From assembly GCA_964255285.1 (NCBI GenBank), contig CAXUUL010000042.1, positions 1 to 48,086 of the forward strand: a stretch of DNA of 48,086 nucleotides, read 5' to 3'. Source of the DNA: Ionaspis alba. Its lineage: Eukaryota. Made by a program: the position numbers and the translations under genes. The notes below the pieces were generated by a model, which saw nothing but the letters and a program-made list of their open reading frames with translations, made no database searches and had not been told where the DNA came from. Of this stretch, positions 12,259-24,800 are shown one piece after another (position 1 is the first letter of the stretch; each line of letters opens with the position of its first letter).

Positions 12259-12759
12259 ATTGGGCCCGAAGGTTTTTGTGCCAGACGAGGAGCTTCGAAC
12301 ACGAGAAACAGTTTTTCTGTCGATTGTGGTTTTATTGGCCTGTATGATTGGATACTAACAAAAGACTCGTCTAGTACTCTTTGCGTTTCGCAAATCTTAT
12401 TTAATTTGTATTGCTAGGTGATTGGAAGCAAGTAAGAAGGTACTAGTTAGTCGGCCGGATTTTATCGCCGCTATATTGGGTTTTGGATATCCGGACCGAC
12501 AGCTCCGGTGGTTCCGTGTAGAGGATGACGACGAACCGTCCGAAATCGCGAAGTCACTTGCTCCACCGGCCAGTATTCTTCCTCTGCCGCAACCATGCAA
12601 CAGTGTCGAGCTCTACATAAGCTCCCAATTCGAGTGCAATGTTGCTCGGTACAAAACCGTTGACCGGGCAATCAGTTCAATCCTGTGATAAGGACTCTGT
12701 ATATTACACTGCCCTAACCTCGATCTACGTTTTAAGTAGCTTGGTGGTCCTTGGTTGCC

Positions 12760-14188
12760 ATGGACGCTCTTCGAGATGAACACGAACACCTGTACCAAGA
12801 CGAGGGACTTGCGAAAGGTCTGGAAGATGTGCAAAAGACTATCGATCTTCTTATGAATGCTCGAAGCGCCATTGCAGCTGGTAAGGTGACTTTCCTCGTG
12901 CTGGTTTCAATACTTCACGAACTCGTGCCATTTTGAGAGCTATATCTTACCAAAGTACTCAGATGAAAATGCCGCATCCATCACATTGGCGAAGCTACAA
13001 AACCCTGTGAGACAGTCGTTTGAATCTTTGAAGGCCAATTTGAAAGAGGTCTACACAGAGCTAGGGAACTATACAAAGGCATTAGAGAGGGTAAGATTAA
13101 ATACTTTGTATATGCTCTTTAATTGACCTACGGTCCTCTTTAGGTATTCAAGGACAAATCGTTGCCAATCTCCGACCACAACTCTCTACCATTACGAGCC
13201 GCTTTGATTAATCGGGCTATTGGCATGCACTTCTTGCGTGAAGGCCAATTCTCCGTCGCTTCAATATTTCTCACAGAAGCCTCGGCGAAATTGCCCGAGG
13301 AGAATCCGATATTAGCCAGTCCAGATGCTGGATCCATGTGTCGCCAGAACATTGGTGTGGATGCTCTGCGTTCTGAGGCATTGCGCAAGCAATTTGCAAA
13401 CATGTACTACATCCTTGACGAGATGAGAACGAAGAAAAATTTGCTGCCCGCCACTACGTGGGCTCGAGAAAATAGTTCAAGTCTTCAGGCTCGTGGAAGT
13501 AATCTTGAGTTTGATCTTATTAGGCTTCAATTTATCTGGCTCTTTACCGGCGGATTAGCGGGCCTTGATAGCTCGAAAATGGGGGAACGGCAAGAAGCCG
13601 CTGTGGAGTATGCACGGAAGGAGTTTGGCGCATTTCAAGAACGATACCTTGCCGAGATTCAACAACTAATTGGAGCTATGGCATTCTCCTCTAATTTGCG
13701 TCAGTCGCCATATCGGAGACTCTTCCACCACGAAGATGCGTGGGAAGATCTAGCCATGTCGTTTACAAGAGAATTCTGCTCTTTCTTAGGCTTATCAGCC
13801 GATTCGCCACTGTACATAGCGTCAACTGCTGGGGCGATCGCTCTGCCCACCCTCCAGAAACTCCAGAAGATTATGGAAATCAAGCGCACGGAATGGACAA
13901 CGCAACAAGAACTGCCGGTAGGTTCCTGCAAGGCCGATTTAACCGCCTCTGGCTCATGACATATAGGTTGAGATAGCACTTCCGCCATCATATCACTTCC
14001 ACTCCATATTTGTTTGTCCAGTCTCGAAAGAACAGACTACGGACCAGAATCCACCTATGATGATGCCTTGCGGCCATGTAATTGCGCAAGAATCTCTCCA
14101 GAGGTTAAGCAAGGGGAACAACAGGTTCAAATGTCCGTACTGTCCTAGCGAGTCTCACTATCGAGAGGCGAAGAAAATAATCTTATGA
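12760..14188 (+). CDS. RMD5: GID/CTLH complex E3 ligase subunit Rmd5/Gid2 (LisH-CTLH-CRA-degenerate RING)
   Basis: [22 protein letters not shown] (LisH), [37 protein letters not shown]; last exon [50 protein letters not shown]. Three introns. Confidence 0.93.
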
Positions 14189-15256
14189 CAAAAATACAAG
14201 AAGTACTTGACGATGTATCACAATGGATGATATACCATGTGGCGCTATGAGCTTGCCTTGCGTCCACGGCCCCTTAGTTCAATGCCATACTGTTTGCTTG
14301 CCCTTTCTTCCATGCGGTGGTGCGCAACCAACCTCGTGGTGCTATTTTGATCAGACCTTTCAGCGGGCTGTGATTTTTGTATTAGTAGAACTAGTATGGT
14401 GGATCCTAAGGAGCTGGAGGCCCTGGACATCGTGATTATGCACCCTCTGTTGATCCAGCCATCAGCCATAATTAGCACTGTCAGCGGGATTGGGAAACCT
14501 TCGAAGGATTATTACAGGTAGTGAGTGCTAGAGGGGATGAATCCAGCACACGTATAGCAATTTAGCATGAATGGAAAGGTATCCATGTATGGAGACGTTG
14601 GTGATTTTCAGGCCTCCAAAACAATGAGGGCTGCACTAGATTTCTGCTTCGTCGTCGATTGCTAGCAGTCAATTCCCATCTCGTGAGAGCCAATCTCGGT
14701 TCCTGTAATGCCTTGCCACGACGTTCCTACCTGTGATATGGTTTTGAATGGAGTTTTACTCCTATAGGCTACGTTTCCACGGATGCCAGACTCTCATGCG
14801 ATACTACCTATGACTGGAACGAAATGGTAGAGGCTGAAGTACTATTGAAGCATAGATTCCCAGCTTCAAAGCAGTCACAGCATTCGCAGACTATTCAGCG
14901 CCATTCTATGCAGGTGACAACATAGGACCTACGTCTGGGAAAGCTGGCGAGGGTTGGTTGTTTGAAGGGAAGAATGGGTGGGCGTGAATTAGTTGTAGTC
15001 TTTTGGAGGATAAACGTGTCCACCAAATGGTGGGAAGCTGAGGGAACGGAGATGTTTTGAACTAGCAAGAAACATGTTTAGCGTTCTGTTGGGAGGTCAT
15101 ACGAGGATGCTTGTATTGCACGTACATCTAGGTCAGGAGGGCTGTTCTGCATGACGTGGCGCGTAATACTCCACGAATCTTGGAGTCCACGGTTGCGACC
15201 CAGGCCCAGCTCCGAAGCCTCGATGACATGCAGCGGACCGACTCCTCTCACTACCA

Positions 15257-16529
15257 TTACATCCGAGTCTCGTCGGTATGTGCCGGAGACTTGTCTACTT
15301 TCTTTTCATCAAGGTCATCTTGGGTCCGTACAGCACCTGGAATATTCGTCGTATCCGTAACGGCGTAGTTTTCATCCTTCATTTCCGAGGAAGTCCTCCT
15401 GGTCATGTCCTCACCTTCCCCCGGCCTGCCCAAAGCTGCTTCAATATCGANNNNNNNNNNNNNNNNNNNNNNNNNNNNNNNNNNNNNNNNNNNNNNNNNN
15501 NNNNNNNNNNNNNNNNNNNNNNNNNNNNNNNNNNNNNNNNNNNNNNNNNNCATATCTCGAAATGGTTTGGTGACGCCATTCACAATGACTGTGACAGTCT
15601 CCATGGCACCAGCACCATGGGGCCCGTCAATGAGGGACGTAGACTCTGTCCGCAGGTCACCCATTAATTGGCGATCTGGGTTCGCGGGCGTGACACCAGT
15701 TTCACGCAGCCAAGGTATTCTTGTCAAAGCTGCGCCATTGACTTCGTCCGGGAGATTCAACGAGGGAGCCCCAACCGCTAGATAGCTCGTTGCCTCTCCG
15801 CTCTCCGCAGGGTCTACCGCAAGCGAGGGAAGGGGAAATTCAGTGGCAGCGCTAGAGACAGATACCACTCGATCGATAGCACGAAGGTACGATGGAAGCG
15901 TCCGGTAATGATCATTTGGATGCAAAAGAAGCTCAGCGAGTCGTTGTATCGTGTACGGGGGTGCTTCAGAGAACGAACGTTCAAGAGTTGTCCGTATTGA
16001 AGAAAGGAGGGATAGAAGTTGTGGTGGTAAAGTGCCTAAAGGCGCGGAGACAAATGATGATTGAGAGTTCGGGACAATAGATTGAGAGGTTGGGGAACAA
16101 CTGGTACCCGAAGCAGTGCCTCCTGCAGACACGGTGTTAGGTGCTATATTTTCTTTTGACGCTTGACTGTAGCCTGATGCGGTGGGCAGCTCGTCTCCTC
16201 CAGAGGAACGTATTGGAGGCGGGATGGAAGGAGTTGGAAAGTCGTTGTAGACTATCTTAATCCGAGTCAATAAGGGCAACGAAACACGGGGCTTGCTCAC
16301 AGCTTACATAATCCAGTCTATTCAGAATGCTCTCCAGGAGAGCCGGCCATATCGACCTAGGAAGTCTTTTAGTATCGGCGAAGAACCAGGTAGGAAGTCA
16401 AAGTCCTTACACATCTAAGCTTCCATCTCGAGCAGCGACAGCCAGAACTTCATCATCTAGTGTCAAAAGTCGTTAGGTCATGACCTTGGGCTTCTATCAT
16501 CTTCGCACCAGAAGCATACCTGGGACCAT
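15257..16529 (-). CDS. Protein phosphatase 4 regulatory subunit R2 (PPP4R2/Psy4-like); spans a sequence gap
   Basis: PPYTIQRLAELLLHPNDHYRTLPSYLRAIDRVVSVSS is the PP4R2 signature. Short 5' exons (MVP..., TLDDEVLAVAARDGSLD, IWPALLESILNRLDY). The gap at 15451-15550 hides part of the CDS, so both ends are approximate. Confidence 0.82.
15451..15550. other. Scaffold gap (100 N) with no flanking overlap, so sequence is genuinely missing inside the PP4R2 gene
   Basis: N run; the two flanks differ. Confidence 0.9.
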
Positions 16530-18081
16530 GTTTGGAAGGAGTACTAGTTTAGATTGGTACTATTACTTTCGCCCGTGGGCTTCAAAGGCACTCACGGCTC
16601 TGAACATGGGATGAAGACAGAAGACCGCTCACATTCGACCAGAAAGAGCTTCAAATGATGATTTTTCGAAAAGAGTGATTGAGAGATTTGGTGCTTTGAA
16701 AATGGCTCTACCTCTGAATTGATAGAGGCTGACCAGGGATGGTTAAAGAATGCCTCGGTCAGAAAGATCGTGGATAGGGCTAGCCTGTCCGAGCGTCGGC
16801 TTTGGTCGGCTAATAATACGGTGTAGGATAAAAGAACTCCCATTGTGGAAGACTGCTTTCAATGTCATTAATGGCCATTTATAAGGACCGCAATGAGCTA
16901 GCTGTACGGGATACTATGGGCCAAGACGACATCGAAATGAAGTCTCGATCCCGAAAGGGGAGTCATGAGAATGGCAGCGTGGGGGATTTATGATATATTG
17001 CGCGGTACACCCATAGTACTGGGCTGGCAGGGCCGGAGTGGGTTCACGGTCCATGTCCTCCTCTAGAGAGTGGTCTGACTTCTAGGACAACAGGGGCTGG
17101 TTGAACATTGATCAGCCTCCAACCTCTGTAGTGGTAACCCTCCGACGGGGTAGAATCTATAAGTGTGGTCTGTTTGTTGGTCTCTTGAAATGCCCCAAGT
17201 TGGAGTGCCAAGTAGATCGTGGACTTTTTCAACTCAGCCACTGCCCAGGGAACAATGGATCGCATGGGATGAATTTAAGGACGAAGGAGGAAGGAATTTC
17301 AGGAACAAGACTGCCAGCTGTAAAAGTAGTCGTTTCTCCATCACCAGGGACTGCTTTTGTACGCCCGTTGTCAGCGAAATGCCTGCATTCAATCGCGGAA
17401 AGTCAGAGGTGCCACTCAGACACCTGTAGCATAGGTAGACTAGCTTCACCGAGCCATCCGACAGCCTTCGAAACGTCCGTGCCGCAATCTTCCTCTTACT
17501 GCAACATTCAATACTCCAACCTATCGTCCGCGCTATCATCGACCTCTTCACCGACTACTATTCACTCGTTATCTTTTAACCATTAGAGTCACACGTCCAG
17601 TGTACCCCGACCCCCACTTTTCGGACATCGATTCTGGACTACAAGCAAGCTGGTAAAGAGCCTTACTCGCCAGACCCTCTCAACGGCGTTCTTACCAAAA
17701 CCATCGAGCATCGCAGACCAACACAATCACCATCCCCTCTCCAATTTTGCGTTGGTCGAGAACCCTCAACTCGATTTTCGAATACTGCATCTACGTCTAC
17801 ATCGAGTACCATCAAACCTCGAGCTCCTCATATTGCCGCCTCGTATACCAAGCTCCCGCAGCGCTGCAGGAAATTCATCCTAGGCCCTCCAAGTTTGCAT
17901 GACATTGGCCTCCAACAGGGAGCGCCAGACCCTCGTCAAAATTCGCCATCACGAGTCAAAAGCTTCCCTCCTCGGAGGCCAACCTTTCGACCATTCATAC
18001 CAACCATTCGCTGGCGGTTTTCGTGAGCGAGAAGGATACACGAAGGCAGGCCCATCGGGTGCTGCTCAAAGTACTAGCAGA

Positions 18082-19296
18082 ATGTACAAACCGAACTCGG
18101 TCTGGACGTGGGCCTTCATCGGTGTGACGTTCCTCCAAGCGGCAATGATCCTTGGCTTTGAAGCGTGAGTTATAGCCATCTCCAGCCATTGAGTTGAGCC
18201 AAGCAGTTCAGATCTCCCGTGCTGACAATCTCATTTTCCAGTTACGTCTTTGCTTTGTTCGAACAGAGCTTGAGAGTAGACGCGGCCCAGGACATAAAGA
18301 CGAGAACGTACACTAGAACTATCCCAACATTTCTCACCTTGTACATCTTCGGATTGTTCTACCAATTGGTTCTCGTCTGGGATGCCCTACGTTTAAAGAA
18401 TACCATCCAGGTCATAGGACTCTGCATTTACAACATAGGCCTGTTGATATATGCCTCGGTACAGGGCGACCAAATCAAGGCTGCCACGGACCCAATAGTG
18501 CAGCTTCAACTGTCTAACAATCCCGAGATATGGGCTGATATGCGACCATATCTCATTGCAATCCCGTGTGTTTTGGCACTGGGCACGGTATTGATGTCAG
18601 TCGTTGCATGGAAGTTGTACGATGAGTTCGCGTGGACGATTTATAAACATATCAGCGCCGATTTGCGAATGAAGCGACGGTATCTGACATTCCAGGTAGA
18701 CCGTTTCCTGCCATCCGTGGCGCATATAAAGCTTACTGACACTGCCAGATTTACATTGCCCTACTGAAGTTTGATTTCTTCTTCTTTCTTGGCTTTACCA
18801 TCCAGTTCCTGGTCATTGTGGTAGACCGGACGGATGTGGAATTTGGCTTGACCATTGCAGCTGTTCCCGTAACAATTCTTATTCTGGTAATGGCCGCCTA
18901 TTGGACCAGAAAGGAGAACAAGTTTGGGATGTCTGCCATTATCGTGAGCATGATGACCGTTATAAAGACCAATGTCCGACCGCAACTAACTTTGCTTAGT
19001 TCCTCTATTTCGCAGCACTCGCCTACTTCATTTTCAAACTCGCAAGGATCTATACGTTTCCCAAGTCATTGAATTATCTTCCAGTGAAGAAGTCTCTGAC
19101 AACTTTCGCCGTTATCACTATAATCCTCATCATACTCACTATCGCCAATGCTATCGCCTGTACTCTCAACTTCAATAAGGGGTTGAAGCCTCATATCGCA
19201 TCTCGCAAGATGGAGAGCGAGGATGAAAAAGCATACATGACGGAAATGCCAAATTTATCCCACGGGCCTGTTCCGAGCCGAATGACGATTGACTGA
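18082..19296 (+). CDS. Conserved fungal multi-pass membrane protein (UPF0658 Golgi membrane protein-like); possible upstream in-frame start at 17899
   Basis: MYKPNSVWTWAF..., TIPTFLTLYIFGLFYQLVLVWDALRLKNTIQVIGLC, AWKLYDEFAWTIYKHISADLRMKRRYLTFQ|IYIALLKFDFFFFLGFTIQFLVIV, NFNKGLKPHI, C-terminal SRMTID. Three introns. Confidence 0.85.
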
Positions 19297-19762
19297 GGAG
19301 AAACATATATCAGGAAGAAGAGGGTCAGGTCTAAGGACCGGAGGATCATATTATCTGCAGTCCTATTAGGGGGGCTTCTGGAGTACTTCAATTGTGGAAG
19401 CAATGCTCTTCACCCGGCTCCGGTGGGTTTGGTCAGAGACTAGCTATCATAGGGCGATTTGATGTTTAATGGATTGGGATTTGCTAAATGGCCGGAGCAT
19501 AACGACTATCACGAAAGTTCACTGGCTTTTCTTTGTCTGAGCTTGATGTTCTTCTTGAGTGTCTTGCTATCTAGCACCAGCTTGGTCGATTATTGAGTGG
19601 TGACCTGGCCATAAATGTATGTAGAGTTTTGGATGCGAATAGGCGACGACGTTTGTGATGGCCTACTAAGTTCACCACACATATTATCGTTCTTATATGT
19701 GTGAGATATCTAAGCCATTGAGCGTAGAACGATTATAAAGTCAGATTTCCCTTTTTTATACA

Positions 19763-21083
19763 ATGATCAAGGCTATTTTCTATAGCAAATTTGACATATA
19801 TGAAGGCAATTGCTCCCTCGTATCTTGCCAGTTGAGAATGCAGCGACTGATGCCAACTTAGGGCCTAAGGTGATTGCTCTCGTCGAATAGTCTCTTATGA
19901 GTGCAACGACTGACATCAGTCGTCGCAGGTCATTCACCAGGTTCCCAAGGACTCTGTAGTAGCCTCTGCAGGTTCCAGGGTGGAGTCTCTCATCCACTTC
20001 CCATCCGTCGCGCCCACCATCATTCCCCGTCAAAATTTCTGCTCGTTACCAATCGCCCTCGTCCATGGCCGTTACCGCATTCTCTCGAATCCCATCTGTC
20101 TATCCTCCTCTTCCTATCGCCGCAATGAATTCATCTTCAATTTCAGCCTCGTCCTTTCGCGCCACACTGACCCCACCGCTTACGCCTCCGTGGCTGCGAA
20201 GCTTGCAGCTCTGTTCAAGCATCTCGAGGAGACCTCACACTTTCTTTCCAAGGACTCCAGTCCTCCGAATACCGGGAAGGTGTATGCATTGTGTGAGATT
20301 CTTCTGGAAGACCTGAATAACTACTGCGAATGCATGATCCCTATCGACGCCTCGAACACGCTCAACATCAAGCTCTTCCCGACTTATCCGACTCCCCCAC
20401 CCGTATTTCCACATCACGTTCCCCTCAGCACGGTCCGGCTGGAATCTCTGACGGACGACAATTGGGATCTCACTATGCTGCTCATCCTCCCTTATATCGA
20501 TGGGGTCAACAGCGTGAAACAGATCGCACTCTTGGCCGATGCGGACTACAAGCTCGTCAAGAAGGCAGTAGCGCACCTACTCTATTACGGTTGCGCGGTA
20601 CTGCTGGATGTCTTCAACTTCGGAGCGAGCTATGCACCGACGGCGGAGATCGGATCCCTGGTTGGGAATATAGAGGTCCAGGAGGAGGCCAGAAGATACG
20701 TTTTACGACCAGATTCGACAGTGACAGAACAGGGCATTGATGGAACAAAGCTCATGGAATTATATTGCTCTTTGAAACAAGGCCAGAGTGTGAAGAGTTG
20801 GTGCATAGAGCATGCAGAGATTATGGGCATCATTGATGTTCGTCGTTTGATTACATTTGGAGTCATTAAGGGCTTTGTGTATCGCGTGCACAAGTATGCC
20901 ATTTTGACCTCAAGCAAAAGCTCAACAGGGATCAACGGCGCGAGAAGCGCCGACGTGGAGCTTGTGAAGTTCTTGGACGGGACGCACTGTTTCGATGAGA
21001 TATGTACGGAACTGATGACCAGTGAAAAGGAGCTTTTGGCCAGACTGAAGGACTTAGGGGACGTGCAGATAATCCAAAAGTGA
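19763..21083 (+). CDS. NPR2: Nitrogen permease regulator 2 (SEACIT/GATOR1 subunit)
   Basis: Exons 19763-19805, 19862-19869 and 19929-21083 give MIKAIFYSKFDIYEGPKVIHQVP...; also YRRNEFIFNF, EDLNNYCECMIPID, WDLTMLLILPYIDGVNSV, DVRRLITFGVIKGFVYRVHKY and DGTHCFDEICTEL. Confidence 0.95.
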
Positions 21084-21422
21084 GGATAGGTCTCCCAAGC
21101 ATGCGAGCGTTCGAACATTTGCGGCCCATGTTCATTCGGAGAGGAAACGTAAGATCACTAGTTGGGGCTCTTGACACCACGTCGATCAGCCATCATTCGT
21201 AACGTTTGTTAGTGTGCAGTGAACCCTTGCTACAACTTATTGCGATCATTGTAGTCATCGCTCAGATCTGGCAAACTCACGAGAGCCTTCAATTACTTTT
21301 TCGCCAGTAAGGCAATCACGGTACCTACAGGAACGCCTCGCTCTCTAATGCTAAGTCGTACAAGGTGAAAGTTATATCGAGTCATGTACCAACGCAAGCG
21401 GCCGATTACTCGTCAGCCAAGG

Positions 21423-23332
21423 CTATCGAAATCCGGGGAAAATGTGACTGGTTACTCTTCGCCCTATCGAACGTGATCAGAGGTATCACTGCAAAGAGCA
21501 TAAAATAATACTTACATCGTGGTATTCTAGCTTGCTGTTCCCGGTCTTCCTCATCCACCGTCCTCTGGTGTCCGAGGAGGACGACAGCTCTCTGCCTAGC
21601 CCGGTCCTCCCGCGTCAGAGGCGTGATTGAGCCATTCATGGCAACGGAAGTGTTTGTCGCGTTCCTCGACGCCACGTATGATTGTACCAATTCTATTCCT
21701 GGCGAGCCCTGTGGGCTCGAAGCCGCTAGGCCACCCGCTCGAGATGTACGTCCGAACTGACGGTGGAAACTTGCCATCCGCGAGCCAACTGCCAGATTTC
21801 GAGCAGTCGATTCTGCATTTCCGTTTGCAATATTGGAGTCGACCTGGACCGGTTCACGCATTCGCCGTATGAGTCGTTCCCGACGAACCATACCATTCGT
21901 CACGACGGTAGGGCAATAGCCTCTGGGAAGGACCTTGCCCTTACAGACGGGACACAGACTGCTATAATCTCTGAGAACAGGATCGATACACTCGGCATGA
22001 TAGATGTGGCCGCACGGAAGCTCTCGCACAATACTCTCATCGGTGACAAAATCTTCGAGGCAAATTGGGCAGGTGGGTTGGGCATGACGTGGAGGACGAT
22101 GGGGCAGACTCTCGACAGGGGGAAGTTTCGAAGCTGGTGTGGTGGGGTCTGGCGTTGGTGTATCACGGTCCAGAGCTCTTGGCGTCAAGAAGCTTTGTGG
22201 GTAATGCTGGGTAGGCGTCTCGCCAACGGGCCCTCGTCCTTCAAGGTTCCGATAGGCGGATGAGAGGGGAGCGGGATCCCAAGTTTCGTCAATGCCGCTC
22301 CCGGCAACGTAGACAAACAGAGGCATGGCTTCCAATACCTCCTGTGGAACTTTCAATCTTTTGATGCCCAATGCTTCCAAGTCTACCTGTCCGCTTGCAA
22401 TGAGATCGCGCAGCTGGTTTCGACGCCGTCTTTGGAGATAATGCATGGATAAGGACGTCAAGCCAAAGATGAGCAACAACATACCAAGAACAATCAACAG
22501 AAAGAACCACAGGCTCGGCAACGTCGATGCACTGCCGGTGTCGATGGTGCAATACAGCCGGACGTAATTGCGCGAGTCGTAGCGTTCGGTGAGAGCGTGC
22601 CCGTTTGGGGCATCCGTCATATTACCCGAGTAAGCACCGAGTTTTTCCATGCTCTGAGCTCCATCCTTGGTGGGTATGGCATACACGGGATATTTGTTCT
22701 CTGACTTCCACGCACCACCGTCTTGCAACCCCCAGACGGGATCATTGGGCATCGGCGTCGAGGTATAGGTAGTTGAAGAGTTCTGAGGGAGATAGAATAG
22801 AAAGGCTCTGGCTCCATCGGAAGTGGCGGCGGCAAGGTAGGATTTCGTGCAGTTTGGAGATATCCACGGCGCAAGAGCAATGAGGGAGTAATCGGTGGAT
22901 GGAAGATTCGCTTGACGGGTGACGTTGGCGGGTATGTACTGGTTCGATATGTTGTGACAGGCGTCCCTTGGATTGAGATCTGGGACGTAGAGAAGGCCTT
23001 CAACATCTGACCCAGCACTGACGGTATTGGTCGAGAGTGTCTGAATGTCGGCATTGATTGGGTCGTAATACGCAATGTTGGCCTTGACGGAGCGGTCAGA
23101 TGAAAACCAAAGTTTCTGAAAGCCCTATTGATTCACTTACGCTCACTGTCTCCTTCTCTGCTGGGCGGCCCCATTCGGGATTGGTGAACTCCAATACAAA
23201 AATACCGACGGACAGCGCAGCTAGTTGATGCAAGTGTAGCAGTCAGCCTCATTGCTTTATCGTATCGAGGCACGGAAGGAGGTCATCGATAAGTTGTTGC
23301 GCGAGTACCCGCTAGCTGAGGCACTTACCCAT
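21423..23332 (-). CDS. Transmembrane RING-H2 E3 ubiquitin ligase (luminal PA-like region, TM helix, C3H2C3 RING)
   Basis: CPICLEDFVTDESIVRELPCGHIYHAECIDPVLRDYSSLCPVC; TM segment LWFFLLIVLGMLLLIFGLTSLSM; N-terminal GLLYVPDL...IALAPWISPNCTKSYL. Inferred first coding exon is ATGG at 23332-23329, and last exon WRRVTSHIFPGFR* ends at 21423. Confidence 0.88.
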
Positions 23333-24800
23333 CTTGACTGGAAAAATATATATATGCTTTGTGTTTTGATGGACCTTGGGACTATTGTGGGTACATTGAG
23401 AGAAGATGTTGCGCAACTTATTCGGAGGATCGGCGGCGAGACTTGATAATCGAGTCGCAGCGCGAGCTCATCGTCGATGTGGCAGCGATAGACTGTTCAG
23501 GTGGGCTAAGAAGGAACAACGGCGCACTCACGCTGGGTTCGGTAGGAAAGAAGAACAAGGCCTGCGGTGCTCTTCACGAGCCAAAATGTTGATGATGTCG
23601 GAGGAAGGATGCGGCGGCTAGAAGCAGGAGAGGGGTCCCCACACATATTCGTTCTAGTCCCCTTGAGATGGGCTACCGGCCCGTCGACCGAGGAGGCTTG
23701 GGTGGCCAGAGGAGGCAAATCCTAAAGTCCCAGGTATGGGTACCTTGCTCTACAGAAAAAATAATAATGTGTGGAAGGAATTTGAATGATTGCATTGATG
23801 CACGAATGTAGCAGTGGCCATTGTCTGTCTGTTGGGTCCTGTCAATGCATCAAGGATGATCACTCGGAATCCTACTGGTGATCGAAGATCTTTCCACGTA
23901 GTATCCTCACTCTTGATAGCTTGAGGTCTCACCGGCACGGAAGAGGGCAAACCATTCTGATCCTATAGCAAAATTCCTGGAGGTAGAGTATAACTACTGA
24001 CATACGTCGGATGAGAGACGAGATTCAGCCCTGGGAGGCGAGTAAACCATGGGAATACCAAGCATTCTTAGCACAACGAACTTCAGAATCAAGCTTTTTA
24101 CCATGCTCAGCCCTGCGAGGTACAAATCTAGCAGTAGCCTCCTCAGCGGGACCTCACTACTAGGACTTGCCTCGTCTCTACTCTCTTCGTCACACATACC
24201 CGCAAACGCTCTCCTTCTTTGTCATTCTCTCCATCTGCAGTTCCTTCGCTGTCTACAAAAGGGTTCCCTCCGACGGCCTTGGATAGACTGTTTTCCAGTG
24301 ATCGCATGAGAAAAGCAGGTAAGCGGTTGTCCACCCTCCTACGTCTCTTCTGCCTTGGTACAAATGGCTTGGGACGAGTAAATTTCACACATAGCATATA
24401 CTAATGTTACATCGTGATCTTCGGCTCGCTCTCTTCTCAATCTCACCGCGATCCTGACTGGCTTACTTGCTACTTCATCGCCATCATTGTTATCGTCACC
24501 TTACCACTGCACTTTCCAACCCCCACAGCCCTGTTCATTACTATCATTTCTGCTTTCTCGCCCGTGCCCGACCTAATCCGTTTTAGGACTAGCTTGATGT
24601 CTTGTACCACCTTTGCGGGATATCGGAGTGGCTGAAATTGGATATATTACGGTTAACCCTCACACTTTTTGATACCGTCATCGTGGAATCCGTCACTCCG
24701 GAAAGTAGCTTGTCCGATGTGCGGACAATAAGTCCACGATTTTTCCTTCAAATCCAGCTGGTCGCCGTGCAAGTTCTCCTGTTCCGGTGCCCAAGACAAC

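Noticed and set aside
14200..15250. ~1-kb space between the RMD5 and PP4R2 3' ends with short ORFs
   Set aside because: The frames I translated gave nothing recognisable; most likely convergent 3' UTRs.
16655..16717. ATGATGA...CTGA pair resembling a box C/D snoRNA
   Set aside because: No convincing terminal stem, internal C'/D' boxes or recognisable rRNA guide, and such motifs arise by chance. A snoscan or Rfam search would settle it.
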